Shown one piece after another: positions 1 through 8,196 of a DNA stretch of 42,956 bases. Positions within the stretch are counted from its first letter, which is position 1; every line of letters starts with the position of its first letter. A model generated the notes under the pieces. That model saw only the letters and a program-made list of their open reading frames with translations, had not been told where the DNA came from and searched no databases. Origin of the DNA: Actinomycetota bacterium (lineage in GTDB: Bacteria; Actinomycetota; Actinomycetes; S36-B12); contig JAUSQD010000106.1 in assembly GCA_030652695.1 (NCBI GenBank), positions 1 through 42,956 on the forward strand, read 5' to 3'. A program made the position numbers and the translations under genes.

Positions 1-219
1 GTCGGGGCCCACCACCAGCACCGCCTCGGCGAAAGCGTCGGTGGCGCCGCGGCGTACGTCGGGAAATCGATACAGCCCCCTGGCCATGTTCTTCAGGGCG
101 CCTCGACCGGCTAGCTTGCGCAACTCCACGGCTGGCACCCCCAGGGCGCGCGCGTCACGGGTAGTGACATAGCCATGCTGGTTCTCAGCGAGTTCACGCA
201 GCACGCTTCGGTAGCTCAC
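1..219 (-). CDS. AbiEi-family antitoxin (type IV toxin-antitoxin), N-terminal DNA-binding domain; partial, continues past the left window edge
   Basis: This ORF is not in the ORF track because it is open at the window edge. Reverse-strand reading from GTG (219-217, GAGG about 8 nt upstream) gives VSYRSVLRELAENQHGYVTTRDARALGVPAVELRKLAGRGALKNMARGLYRFPDVRRGATDAF... This fits the pattern I recall for AbiEi_4-type N-terminal domains (HG.VT.RDA..LG.....L..L...G.L....RG.Y.F). Recognition is from memory only. Confidence 0.5.
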   Translation of the reverse strand, partial: MSYRSVLRELAENQHGYVTTRDARALGVPAVELRKLAGRGALKNMARGLYRFPDVRRGATDAFAEAVLVVGPD

Positions 220-256
220 CGCAATACCTCACTGTCCCTCTACCTGAGGCATAACC

Positions 257-272
257 GTACCACTACTGGTAC
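257..272. promoter_or_regulatory. Perfect 6-bp-arm palindrome GTACCA-ctac-TGGTAC between the integrase stop and the AbiEi start; possible operator
   Basis: The sequence gtaccactactggtac is read directly from the sequence, 38 nt upstream of the GTG at 219. AbiEi antitoxins are known to autoregulate through inverted repeats in their promoter. The assignment here is inference. Confidence 0.25.
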
Positions 273-325
273 TTTTCTGCCAAACTTTGAGACTAACTAC
301 GGACGATGCTGTTTCCTCGCAACAA

Positions 326-1579
326 CTAGGTCCTCGTCGTCCGCGTGGAACGCCTGTTGATGGGGCGAATGTTCGACGGCTCCCGCGATAGCTCATCCAT
401 GCGCTCCGCGACGCGACGACCATGGTCCGCCGTGGCGTGCAGGTAGATCTCTGCCGCCTGAGTAGTCGACTGGCCGAGGCGATGCTTGAGTTCCGCGAGC
501 GAGGCACCCGCCTCGGCGGCCAGGGTCATGCCGGTGTGCCGGAGGTCGTGGGGGCGCATGTCAGGGCGGCCGATCCGATTGAGGGCACGACGCAGCATCT
601 GTGAGTAGGTCGTGCGAATGTTGCCTCCCGGCACCGTGGTGAATACCAGGCTGGACGGATCGCTCCGCGTGAACTGCTCCAAGTGACGTTCCATCTGCTC
701 TGCCAGCAGCCGAGGGATAGCGATGGTCCGCACGCCCGCCCGGCTTTTGGGAGTGTCTAGGTTATGCACGCCCTTGACGGGGTAGACACGCTCGCGGACC
801 GAAAGGGAGGCGGATCCAGGTGTGAGGTCAAGGTCTCGCCGCTGCAGCGCGGCGGCCTCGCCAATGCGAAGGCCTGACCATACGAGCAGGTGCACGAGTG
901 CCTCGTAGCGATCGGGTACCTCGGTAGCCAGATCCAGCACCTCGGGAATGCTCAGCACGGGGCGTTCCGCGGCCCGGGGCGCGGAGGCTCCTTTGATCCG
1001 GCACGGGTTGCTCGACACGAGGTCGTCCTCCAACGCGGTGGCATAGACCGAGTGCAGGAGTCGGTACGCACGCGCCGCCGTCGAAGAGCCGTCGCGCACG
1101 CTGGCCTCGCTGGGCAGCCGCGGCTTGCGGTGACTGCGCGAGATCTTGGCGAGTTCCTCCTCGCGCTTGATGCGGGCCTCATCCTTGGCCCGAAGGCTCT
1201 CGCGAAGGTTGGCTACAAGCTCGGCATGCCAGTCACGAACCATGGTAGGACTGACTGTGTCCAGCCGCTTGGCTCCAAGGGAGGAACTGACGTGGTTGCG
1301 CCAGCACGACTCGTACTCCGCACGTGTACTCGCCTTCAGCGCATGCCGCTGTGCGATCCACTTCCGGCCGTACTCGTCCAGCGTCAACCGAGACAACCGA
1401 GGAGCCTTCCAAGCGCCACGGACCAAATCGGTACGCACCGAGTCGAGCCAGATCGCGGCCTCAGCTTTCGTGCGGAAGGTCGTCGGCGCGTTGACCCACA
1501 CTCCGTCCAGCCGAACGCGAGATCGGTAGCGGCCCGACGCTACGTGCTCGATAGACCCGAAGGAGCGTCGCTTGCCCAT
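326..1579 (-). CDS. Tyrosine recombinase / phage-type integrase
   Basis: This is a 417-aa ORF. The C-terminal catalytic region reads LRIGEAAALQRRDL ... HDLRHTGMTLAAEAGASLAELKHRLGQSTTQAAEIYLH (R, HxxR and Y signature). The N-terminal region resembles arm-binding plus SAM-like core-binding domains. AGGAGG lies 5 nt upstream of the ATG at 1579. Confidence 0.9.
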   Translation of the reverse strand: MGKRRSFGSIEHVASGRYRSRVRLDGVWVNAPTTFRTKAEAAIWLDSVRTDLVRGAWKAPRLSRLTLDEYGRKWIAQRHALKASTRAEYESCWRNHVSSSLGAKRLDTVSPTMVRDWHAELVANLRESLRAKDEARIKREEELAKISRSHRKPRLPSEASVRDGSSTAARAYRLLHSVYATALEDDLVSSNPCRIKGASAPRAAERPVLSIPEVLDLATEVPDRYEALVHLLVWSGLRIGEAAALQRRDLDLTPGSASLSVRERVYPVKGVHNLDTPKSRAGVRTIAIPRLLAEQMERHLEQFTRSDPSSLVFTTVPGGNIRTTYSQMLRRALNRIGRPDMRPHDLRHTGMTLAAEAGASLAELKHRLGQSTTQAAEIYLHATADHGRRVAERMDELSREPSNIRPINRRSTRTTRT

Positions 1580-1608
1580 GGTGACCTCCTATGCCCGCTG
1601 GTGACCTC

Positions 1609-1624
1609 TGCACTAATTAGTGCA
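1609..1624. promoter_or_regulatory. 16-bp perfect palindrome TGCACTAATTAGTGCA upstream of the integrase, flanked by direct repeats GGTGACCTC (1580-1588 and 1600-1608)
   Basis: Read directly from the sequence. It is an AT-rich-cored palindrome 30 nt upstream of the int start codon, between int and the att fragment. It could be a repressor, Xis or Int binding site, but its function is not shown. Confidence 0.3.
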
Positions 1625-1716
1625 CCCCTGGTTGTTCGCTATGAATTCTCCGTGGAACAATACTCGCAGCGAAAACATGTTGCAAACAAAGGGAAAGTGC
1701 CCGCACTAAATACAGG

Positions 1717-1760
1717 TTCCCAAGCTGACAGTGCGGGTTCGATTCCCGTCACCCGCTCCA
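1717..1760 (+). other. tRNA-Gly(CCC) 3' half (anticodon loop to CCA) lacking the 5' half; att-site remnant
   Basis: The parts are TTCCCAA (loop, anticodon CCC), GCTGA, CAGT, T-arm GCGGG-TTCGATT-CCCGT, acceptor CACCCGC, T, CCA. The required 5' acceptor strand GCGGGTG and the pairing partner of GCTGA are absent upstream, so this is not an intact gene. Confidence 0.7.
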
Positions 1761-1873
1761 GCAAATCGACTGGTCGAACAGCACTTTTCACGTCCATTCA
1801 GTAGCACTGACACTGCTCAGTCTTGTCCTTGAGTGCCCTTTACTCATGTGGGACTGATCTACGTCAGTGGGGA

Positions 1874-1919
1874 CTGAAAATCGGAAGGTCGGTGGTTCGA
1901 CCCCCGCCACTGGCCACCA
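1874..1919 (+). other. tRNA-Phe(GAA) 3' half lacking the 5' half; second att-type remnant
   Basis: The parts are CTGAAAA (anticodon GAA), TCGGA, AGGTC, GGTGG, TTCGACCC (8-nt T-loop, one extra C), CCGCC, ACTGGCC, A, CCA. This closely resembles the 3' part of actinobacterial tRNA-Phe as I remember it. No GGCCAGT acceptor 5' strand lies upstream. Confidence 0.6.
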
Positions 1920-2109
1920 GTTTTCCTCGCATGATGGGCCCAACCTCCTTAGGATGGTGGGGCGTGCAGAGGACTCCACAACAACACGGGTAATCGCTGC
2001 AACCGCCAGACGAACATCTGGTGACGTTTGATCGACAGAGCCAAAGTAGGCGAGCGCAACGTCATGCCGGCGTCTAGCCTGCAACGTGATACCTCACAGG
2101 GGAGCACAG

Positions 2110-3900
2110 ATGAGCAGCGGCGCAACGACACCTATCAGTCTGATCCGGCGAGTAGTGACCGCAAGTACCACAGCAACGCTGCTGCTGGCGGGCCTGACGC
2201 TGGGGTTGTCGACGGCTTCCGCAAGTGGCCAGGCAGCACCACCGGTCGTCGGTTCGGCTCAGCAGACTGGTGTGGTCCGACTGCAGTTGCTGGCGATCAA
2301 CGACTACCACGGCAGTCTTGACAGGACGACGCCCGGCACCGTCGACGGTCAGGCAGGTGGTGGTTCGGAGTTTCTCGCCGCCAAGCTCAGTCAGCTTCGA
2401 GCGGGAAGCAAGCACAGCCTCACCGTTGCCGCTGGCGATCTCATCGGAGGCTCCCCCGCGCTCTCCGGCTTGTTCCACGACGAGCCGTCGGTCGAATCGC
2501 TCAACGCGATGAAGCTCAACGTTTCCAGTGTCGGCAATCACGAGTTCGACGAAGGTGTGGCCGAGCTCCTGCGGATGCAGAACGGCGGTTGCCATCCCGT
2601 CGACGGGTGCTACTTCCCGAGCCAGCCGTTCGCAGGCGCCAACTTCAAGTGGCTTGCCGCAAATGTCATCAACACCTCGACCGGCAAGACACCCCTGCCG
2701 CCCTATTGGGTCACCGAAGTCGACGGCGTCAAAGTCGGTTTCATCGGCATGACATTGGAGGCCACGAACACCCTCGTGGCCGCCTCCGGAGTCGCCGGCT
2801 ACACCTTCCTTGACGAGGTGCGCACAGCCAACCGGCTCGTTCCCGTGCTGAAAAGGCAGGGCGTCGAAACGATCGTCGTGCTGCTCCACGAAGGCGCGAC
2901 GCAGGATCCGGCGCCAGGCGACATTAACGGGTGCGCGCGCATCAGCGGTCCCATCGTCGAGATCAACAGGGCCCTGGACGTCGAGATCGACGCGGTCATC
3001 ACCGGCCACACACATCAGCCCTACAACTGCCGACTCGGCGGTCCGGACGGCGCGCGTCGGATCGTGACCAGTGCGTACTCAAACGGCCGAGTCGTCAGCG
3101 AGGTGAACCTCGTGATCGACAAGCGCACTGGCGATGTGCGGCGCACACTGAGCAAGGCGACCAACCACGCGGTGATCCAGTCGGCGCTGACGCCCGACCC
3201 GGCGCTCACCGCGGTGATCAACAAATGGAACCCGCGGTTTGAGGCCGCCGGCAACACGCCAGTCGGTGCGATCAGCGCCGACATCCTCCGCGGTGGCACA
3301 CCGCCCGGAAACGACCGCGGCGTAGAGTCGCCGCTCGGCAACCTGGTCGCGGACGCGCAGGCGTGGGCAACATCGTTCAACGGCGCGCAACTCGCATTCA
3401 TGAACCCTGGCGGGCTGCGTGCCGACCTGCGCTTCACCCAGTCCGGCGCGGAGGGCAACGGCGTTGTGACCTACAGCGAAGCGTTCGCCGTGCAGCCGTT
3501 CGGCAACACGTTGGTGACAATCCCGATGACCGGCCAGCAGATCGTGTCCGTCCTGAGGCAGCAGTGCCAGCCAGCCGGCTCGTCGCGGCCGTTCCTGTCC
3601 CTGAGCTCATCGGCCGGGTTCACCTACACCCAGTCGCGAACGATCGCGGGCGGGAACTGCACGTCGGTGAACATCACCGACGTGAAACTCAATGGCAAGG
3701 CGCTGGAGCTGGCGGCCACCTACCAGGTGACGACGAACAACTTCCTCGCTGATGGCGGCGACAACTTCACCGCCTTCGCGCAGGTACCTGCGGCGAAGCG
3801 TCTCGCGGGCGGCAACGATCTGCTCGCTCTGACGAACTACCTCAACACCTTCAAGCCGGTGACCTCGCCAGCCACCGACCGCATCAACGAGGTGCCGTAG
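2110..3900 (+). CDS. Secreted bifunctional metallophosphatase / 5'-nucleotidase (UshA-like)
   Basis: Metallophosphoesterase motifs are present: INDYHG, AAGDLIGGS, GNHEFD, LLHEG, GHTH. A 5'-nucleotidase C-terminal-type domain follows. There is an N-terminal signal sequence. I prefer the ATG at 2110 (GGGGAG 6 nt upstream) over the ORF-track start at 2086. Confidence 0.85.
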   Translation: MSSGATTPISLIRRVVTASTTATLLLAGLTLGLSTASASGQAAPPVVGSAQQTGVVRLQLLAINDYHGSLDRTTPGTVDGQAGGGSEFLAAKLSQLRAGSKHSLTVAAGDLIGGSPALSGLFHDEPSVESLNAMKLNVSSVGNHEFDEGVAELLRMQNGGCHPVDGCYFPSQPFAGANFKWLAANVINTSTGKTPLPPYWVTEVDGVKVGFIGMTLEATNTLVAASGVAGYTFLDEVRTANRLVPVLKRQGVETIVVLLHEGATQDPAPGDINGCARISGPIVEINRALDVEIDAVITGHTHQPYNCRLGGPDGARRIVTSAYSNGRVVSEVNLVIDKRTGDVRRTLSKATNHAVIQSALTPDPALTAVINKWNPRFEAAGNTPVGAISADILRGGTPPGNDRGVESPLGNLVADAQAWATSFNGAQLAFMNPGGLRADLRFTQSGAEGNGVVTYSEAFAVQPFGNTLVTIPMTGQQIVSVLRQQCQPAGSSRPFLSLSSSAGFTYTQSRTIAGGNCTSVNITDVKLNGKALELAATYQVTTNNFLADGGDNFTAFAQVPAAKRLAGGNDLLALTNYLNTFKPVTSPATDRINEVP

Positions 3901-4122
3901 CCCGCGAGGACGAGGCGCGCTGCGGCGGCTCGCGTACCACCAGTGCACGTCATCCGGGCCACTCGTCGAGGCTTTCAATCCGGTGTACTGGTCGATCCAC
4001 CTTGCTACGTACCGGCACACAGTCTCATTCGATTGAACGGGCGCTCGTCAGGTCGCCCGGGTGATCCCCGCCGGGATCGTCGCAAGGCCTTGGGCTTCAA
4101 GCCATTGCCTGCTCTCACTGCC

Positions 4123-4566
4123 TCAACCCGCAGCACTGAATTCAGGTTCTCCCGAAAAGACGGCAGCTCCTGCCACGGCCAGCTCAACGTCTTCGTTGGC
4201 TGAGCAAGCCAGTGCAAGGCTGGCCTTGAACTCATCGACCATTGCATCCGGTGGAAGCTCGTCGCTGATACCGGCATCGCTGCGAGATGCCAAGAGCATG
4301 TCAGCAGCCGCAACCCATCGTTCCTTCTCTGTCATGCCAAGCGTGTAGTCACCGCATGGCGTCTGGTCGTAGGGGGTTGTCCACGTCTGCTCGTACTTGT
4401 CGACTTCTGGATCTGTGACTGGCTGATCGCTCGGCACGTCCTGCACCACGGAGGCACTCGGAGCAGGGTCCGATGCGGATTCAGAACTGGAACAACCAGC
4501 GAGCAAGAGCGCTCCGAGAGCAATAGGAACGGTGAGCAGTTTCTTTGGCATGCTGTTCATACGCAT
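4123..4566 (-). CDS. Hypothetical lipoprotein
   Basis: The signal peptide carries a lipobox (ALLLAGCSSS). The mature part is acidic and has no recognisable family. Confidence 0.6.
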   Translation of the reverse strand: MRMNSMPKKLLTVPIALGALLLAGCSSSESASDPAPSASVVQDVPSDQPVTDPEVDKYEQTWTTPYDQTPCGDYTLGMTEKERWVAAADMLLASRSDAGISDELPPDAMVDEFKASLALACSANEDVELAVAGAAVFSGEPEFSAAG

Positions 4567-4636
4567 GTTGTTCTCCCCCGAGTGCTGCGCCGCGTTGCGG
4601 GAACACTAGACGCCGCCGCGCCGTTCTGCGAACGTT

Positions 4637-5710
4637 CTAGGTTCGTGTCCCATCAGCTTGAATCACGACGAGGCGATCCCCGTGCTGCAGAACATCCAGT
4701 TGCTCGTCGAAGCGAAAGACCCGACCTGAGCGCAAGACTGCGAGAACGAGCTGGCCGCTTGCATCGAGACGGGCCGGAGACACTCCCAGTTCCTCACGAG
4801 TGATGTCCCGCTCAGAAATATTGAGTCCACGCGTGGCATCCAGCAGGTCTTCCATGATTTCGCCCGCCACCGGCGAGATCAGCGACAGGCCCATGAGGTG
4901 CCCGGCCGACTCTGCTGTGGGGATCACGATGTTGGCACCGGACTGGCGAAGAATTTCTGCGTTCACCGACTCGCGGGCCGCCACGACGATGGTGGCATCT
5001 GGCGCCAGCCGCCTGGCAGTGAGCGTCACGAGCACCGAAGCGTCGTCTTCGTCGATCGCGATGACAATGCGCGCGGCTCGACTGATTTCAGCGTCCTTGA
5101 GCACTTCCTCCCGACGTGCGTCGCCCACGACGCCGACGTAACCCAGCCGAGCGGCTTCCTCGGCTGCGCCATGATCACTGGTGACCACCACGATGTTGTC
5201 TGCTGGAACACCACTGTCGATGATGGTGCGCGCAGCTGAGCGGCCCTTCACTCCGAAGCCGACGATGATTGTGTGGTTCTCCACGTGCTTCCTCCATCGG
5301 TTGGAACGCCATTCATGTCTCGTGCGCTGAGTGAGCACCTCGATCGTCGTGCCAACAAGCACGATGAGAAAGAGGAACCGCAGCGGGGTAATGATCAAGA
5401 TGTTGGCTGCTCGCGAGGAGTCGCACACTGGAACGATGTCGCCGTAGCCAGTCGTGGACAGCGAGACAGTCGCGTAGTAGAGCGAGTCGAGCAGGCTGGC
5501 AGTTCCGGTGACTCCTCGGTCGGCGTAGCAATCTCGCTCGAAATACACCAGCAGTGTCGTGATCACGATAGCCCCGACCGCCAGGAGCAGACGAACAAAA
5601 ATGCTGCGGATCGGACTGAAACGCCTGCTCGCAAACAGCAGGCGGTTGCCCAACTTGTCGGCTGACCCATCATCAGCGGCATTCGGAGCGGGGCGCCGCA
5701 CAGGAGGCAT
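4637..5710 (-). CDS. Potassium channel with RCK/TrkA-N and TrkA-C gating domains
   Basis: It has the K+ selectivity filter TTGYGD, the Rossmann motif IIVGFGVKG and a C-terminal TrkA-C-like domain. The ORF-track start at 6004 would overlap the hsp20 gene and its promoter. The ATG at 5710 (MPPVRR...) is the first start that avoids this. Confidence 0.8.
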   Translation of the reverse strand: MPPVRRPAPNAADDGSADKLGNRLLFASRRFSPIRSIFVRLLLAVGAIVITTLLVYFERDCYADRGVTGTASLLDSLYYATVSLSTTGYGDIVPVCDSSRAANILIITPLRFLFLIVLVGTTIEVLTQRTRHEWRSNRWRKHVENHTIIVGFGVKGRSAARTIIDSGVPADNIVVVTSDHGAAEEAARLGYVGVVGDARREEVLKDAEISRAARIVIAIDEDDASVLVTLTARRLAPDATIVVAARESVNAEILRQSGANIVIPTAESAGHLMGLSLISPVAGEIMEDLLDATRGLNISERDITREELGVSPARLDASGQLVLAVLRSGRVFRFDEQLDVLQHGDRLVVIQADGTRT

Positions 5711-5784
5711 GGGCCGACTATCCCATCTCCTGAGCGCGCATCTGCAGTGTGCGCGGCAATAACCGAGAAGAACCCCAACGACAC

Positions 5785-5811
5785 TTGGCACTCCCCAGAC
5801 CTGAGTGCTAA
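5785..5811 (+). promoter_or_regulatory. CIRCE element (HrcA operator) upstream of hsp20
   Basis: The sequence is TTGGCACTC-N9-GAGTGCTAA, against the consensus TTAGCACTC-N9-GAGTGCTAA (one mismatch). It lies 64 nt upstream of the hsp20 ATG. Confidence 0.75.
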
Positions 5812-5875
5812 ATTCTTCTCGCGAAAATGCGCCCGTCACTGGGGCGGGCGACCCGCTATCGCTTAGGAGGTTGTC

Positions 5876-6331
5876 ATGTCCGTACTGCGTTTTGATCCGT
5901 TCCGCGATGTCGATCGCCTGACTGAGCAACTTCTCGGCGCGCCATCTGGATCCCAGCGAGTGCCTCGATTCATGCCTATGGATTTGTTCAAGTCCGGCGA
6001 TCACTACGTGCTTCTGGCGGACCTGCCTGGCGTGGATCCAGGCAGTGTCGATGTCAGTGTCGACAACGGAACTCTGACGATTCGAGCTGAGAGGTCTGGC
6101 CGCAGCGACGACGGCATCGAGTGGATATCCAGCGAACGATTCGCTGGTTCGTACATGCGTCAGCTGTCGCTTGGTGATGGAATCAACGCCGCCGAGATCG
6201 CTGCGACCTATGAAGAAGGCGTGCTCAGCATCTCCATCCCGCTGGCCGAGAAGGCAAAGCCACGCAAGATCGACATCGCAACATCAGTTGGCCAACAGGC
6301 CATTTCCGGAAACGTGTCAGCGGCTTCATAG
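5876..6331 (+). CDS. Hsp20 / alpha-crystallin family small heat-shock protein
   Basis: It is a 151-aa protein with alpha-crystallin domain motifs (DHYVLLADLPGV, GVLSISIP). AGGAGG lies 7 nt upstream of the ATG. Confidence 0.9.
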   Translation: MSVLRFDPFRDVDRLTEQLLGAPSGSQRVPRFMPMDLFKSGDHYVLLADLPGVDPGSVDVSVDNGTLTIRAERSGRSDDGIEWISSERFAGSYMRQLSLGDGINAAEIAATYEEGVLSISIPLAEKAKPRKIDIATSVGQQAISGNVSAAS

Positions 6332-6347
6332 GTCGAACGGCAAGACA

Positions 6348-6383
6348 ATCGTGGGGACAAGCCATCTGGCTTGTCCCCACGAT
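6348..6383. terminator. Bidirectional intrinsic-terminator-type hairpin between convergent hsp20 and the antiporter gene
   Basis: It forms a perfect 16-bp stem, ATCGTGGGGACAAGCC / GGCTTGTCCCCACGAT, with the 4-nt loop ATCT. Confidence 0.7.
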
Positions 6384-6405
6384 CACTGTGCACAGTCGAT
6401 TGAAT

Positions 6406-7506
6406 TTACGGACTGAACGCGAGCACCATGAATCCTGCAAACACGGCGAGGTGCACACCGCCTTGCAACAAAGTGGCCCGACCCGGAGTCACGGTGAGCA
6501 CGCTGACGATCGCGGTGATGCCAAGCAGCACCAGCTCAACAGGCGCTAGTCCGAGTTCAAGCTGGGTATCCAGAATCCACGAAGCCACCGCGACAGCAGG
6601 GATGGTCAGACCAATGCTGGCCATGGCCGATCCGTAGGCAAGATTGAAACTGGTCTGCACTCGTCCACGGCGCGCCGCCCGCCAGGCAGCCAGTGACTCA
6701 GGAAGCAGCACGATCAAGGCAATAGCCACTGCAACAACGGTGATCGGCAACCCTGCATCAACAACGGCGTTCTCGATCGATGGCGAGGCGACCTTTCCCA
6801 GCCCGACGACTGAGATCAGTGCAACGACGAGCAGCACCGAACTTGCCCACACATTGCCGTGATGTTCAGGGCCCGTCGCCCCGGCTTTGGTCGCTGAATC
6901 CGCTGGAGGCAGGAAGTAGTCACGATGTCTGACGGCTTGCACAAACACATAGAGCAGATACAGGCCCAGTGAGGCGATGGCGGCAAAGACCAGCTGTGTC
7001 GTGGTGAACGTGGGTCCGGGGGTGCTCGTCGTGAAAGCCGGCAAGACCAGACTCAAACCGGCAAGGGCGACGATGCTCGCGAGTCCAGCGCCGGTTCCCG
7101 CTGAGTTGAAGCGAGCGATGCCGCCGCGAAACGTGGCGGTGAGGATGGCGAGTCCCACGATGCCGTTGCAGGTGATCATGATCGCCGCAAAGACCGTGTC
7201 ACGAGCCAAGGTCGGCTTGCCAGAGTCCGAAGAGATCATCAGCACCACGATCAGCGACACCTCGATCACGGTTACGGCAACTGCGAGCACAAGGGAGCCA
7301 AAGGGCTCGCCTACCCGTGCGGCGATGACTTCCGCGTGATGCACTGCTGCGACTACGGCGCCACCAAGGAGAAGCAGGGTGACCACCAGCAGGACGCCAC
7401 CCAGATCACGTCCCCACGTCAACGCAAGAAAGACAAGTGCCAAGAGCGGCACCCCAGCAGTCCAGGAAGTCAGGGCGCGCACTATTGAGCTCGCATGTGG
7501 GGCCAC
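6406..7506 (-). CDS. Ca2+/H+ (cation/proton) antiporter, ChaA/CAX-like
   Basis: It is a 366-aa polytopic membrane protein of about 11 helices, with two internally repeated halves carrying acidic intramembrane motifs (VIEVSLIVV; LLPESLAAW). Confidence 0.65.
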   Translation of the reverse strand: MAPHASSIVRALTSWTAGVPLLALVFLALTWGRDLGGVLLVVTLLLLGGAVVAAVHHAEVIAARVGEPFGSLVLAVAVTVIEVSLIVVLMISSDSGKPTLARDTVFAAIMITCNGIVGLAILTATFRGGIARFNSAGTGAGLASIVALAGLSLVLPAFTTSTPGPTFTTTQLVFAAIASLGLYLLYVFVQAVRHRDYFLPPADSATKAGATGPEHHGNVWASSVLLVVALISVVGLGKVASPSIENAVVDAGLPITVVAVAIALIVLLPESLAAWRAARRGRVQTSFNLAYGSAMASIGLTIPAVAVASWILDTQLELGLAPVELVLLGITAIVSVLTVTPGRATLLQGGVHLAVFAGFMVLAFSP

Positions 7507-7581
7507 GGACGAATCATCTCGCGGATGAGTGATGGCAACATCAGGCGTCGAGCAACTTCTGCAGGAGCAGCTTGAGCCTTC

Positions 7582-8196
7582 CTACGCGGAGGGAGCCTGG
7601 AGTTCTGCAGCGCCGAAGGACACTGAGAACCGGTCGCACCAGATGGTCACACTCGTGAGCTTTGAAAGATTGGCCTTAGCCGGGATCTTGTAGTTCTGGC
7701 TTCCCTTGTTCCCCTTGAGCGCTCCAAGGTCCACGTAGGCGCCATCGTCAAAGACAAACCAGCCACTTGGGCCTTCAATGACCGGTGCGTCGGTCAGCCA
7801 GACCTTGAGGTCAGGCCCATTGCTGGTGTCAAGATTCTCGATGCGCAGCACTCGCGAGCCATCGGCCAGGCTGATGATCTTGGCGGTCCCAGAGGTCCCG
7901 TGTTCATGACTGATGAACTTCCCAGTGGTCAGCACCTTGGCCGCCTTGGTGGCGGGTGCAGGTGAGGATGCGGCCGAAGGAGCAGCCGACCGCGAGGGCT
8001 CACGCGAAGGGGCCGGCGATGTCGTTGGGCTGGCAATGGCTTCGACGGGCGCGCTTGCCGCTATCGGGGAGGGTTCATTGACTGTCGTGTCGGTGAACAA
8101 TTTCCAGGGCTGGAACAAGTACATCCCCACGGTCAGCGCCCCCACGGCGATGATGGCGACTGGAACCAGAATCATTGGGCGAAAGAACGACTTCAC
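7582..8196 (-). CDS. Membrane-anchored DM13 domain protein
   Basis: The C-terminal region reads GKFISHEHGTSGTAKIISLADGSRVLRIENLDTSNGPDLKVWL ... VTIWCDRFSVSFGAAEL, which matches the DM13 pattern. It has an N-terminal TM helix and a Pro/Ala/Ser linker. I prefer the GTG at 8196 (GGAG 5 nt upstream) over the ORF-track ATG at 8289. Confidence 0.7.
   Translation of the reverse strand: MKSFFRPMILVPVAIIAVGALTVGMYLFQPWKLFTDTTVNEPSPIAASAPVEAIASPTTSPAPSREPSRSAAPSAASSPAPATKAAKVLTTGKFISHEHGTSGTAKIISLADGSRVLRIENLDTSNGPDLKVWLTDAPVIEGPSGWFVFDDGAYVDLGALKGNKGSQNYKIPAKANLSKLTSVTIWCDRFSVSFGAAELQAPSA

Larger units (their letters stand above)
1..1760. mobile_element. Edge of an integrated element (integrase, AbiEi module, att-type tRNA fragment); the body presumably extends left of the window
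   Basis: The integrase and toxin-antitoxin gene sit immediately next to a tRNA-Gly 3' half that lacks its 5' half. Housekeeping-type genes start to the right. The other element end is not in the window. Confidence 0.5.

Noticed and set aside
890-1804. 304-aa plus-strand ORF
   Set aside because: It lies antisense to the well-supported integrase. It has an Arg/Gly/Pro-rich composition typical of high-GC shadow frames and no motifs.
1717-1919. Possible intact tRNA-Gly and tRNA-Phe genes
   Set aside because: Only the segments from the anticodon loop to CCA are present. The complementary 5' acceptor strands (GCGGGTG, GGCCAGT) and the 5' anticodon-stem strands are absent upstream. I therefore report them as fragments, not tRNA genes.
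2074-3015. 313-aa minus-strand ORF
   Set aside because: It is a shadow ORF antisense to the 5'-nucleotidase gene. It has no recognisable domain.
5711-6004. N-terminal 98 codons of the 455-aa K+ channel ORF
   Set aside because: This extension would run through the CIRCE/hsp20 promoter and into the hsp20 coding region. An internal ATG at 5710 gives a normal channel N-terminus.
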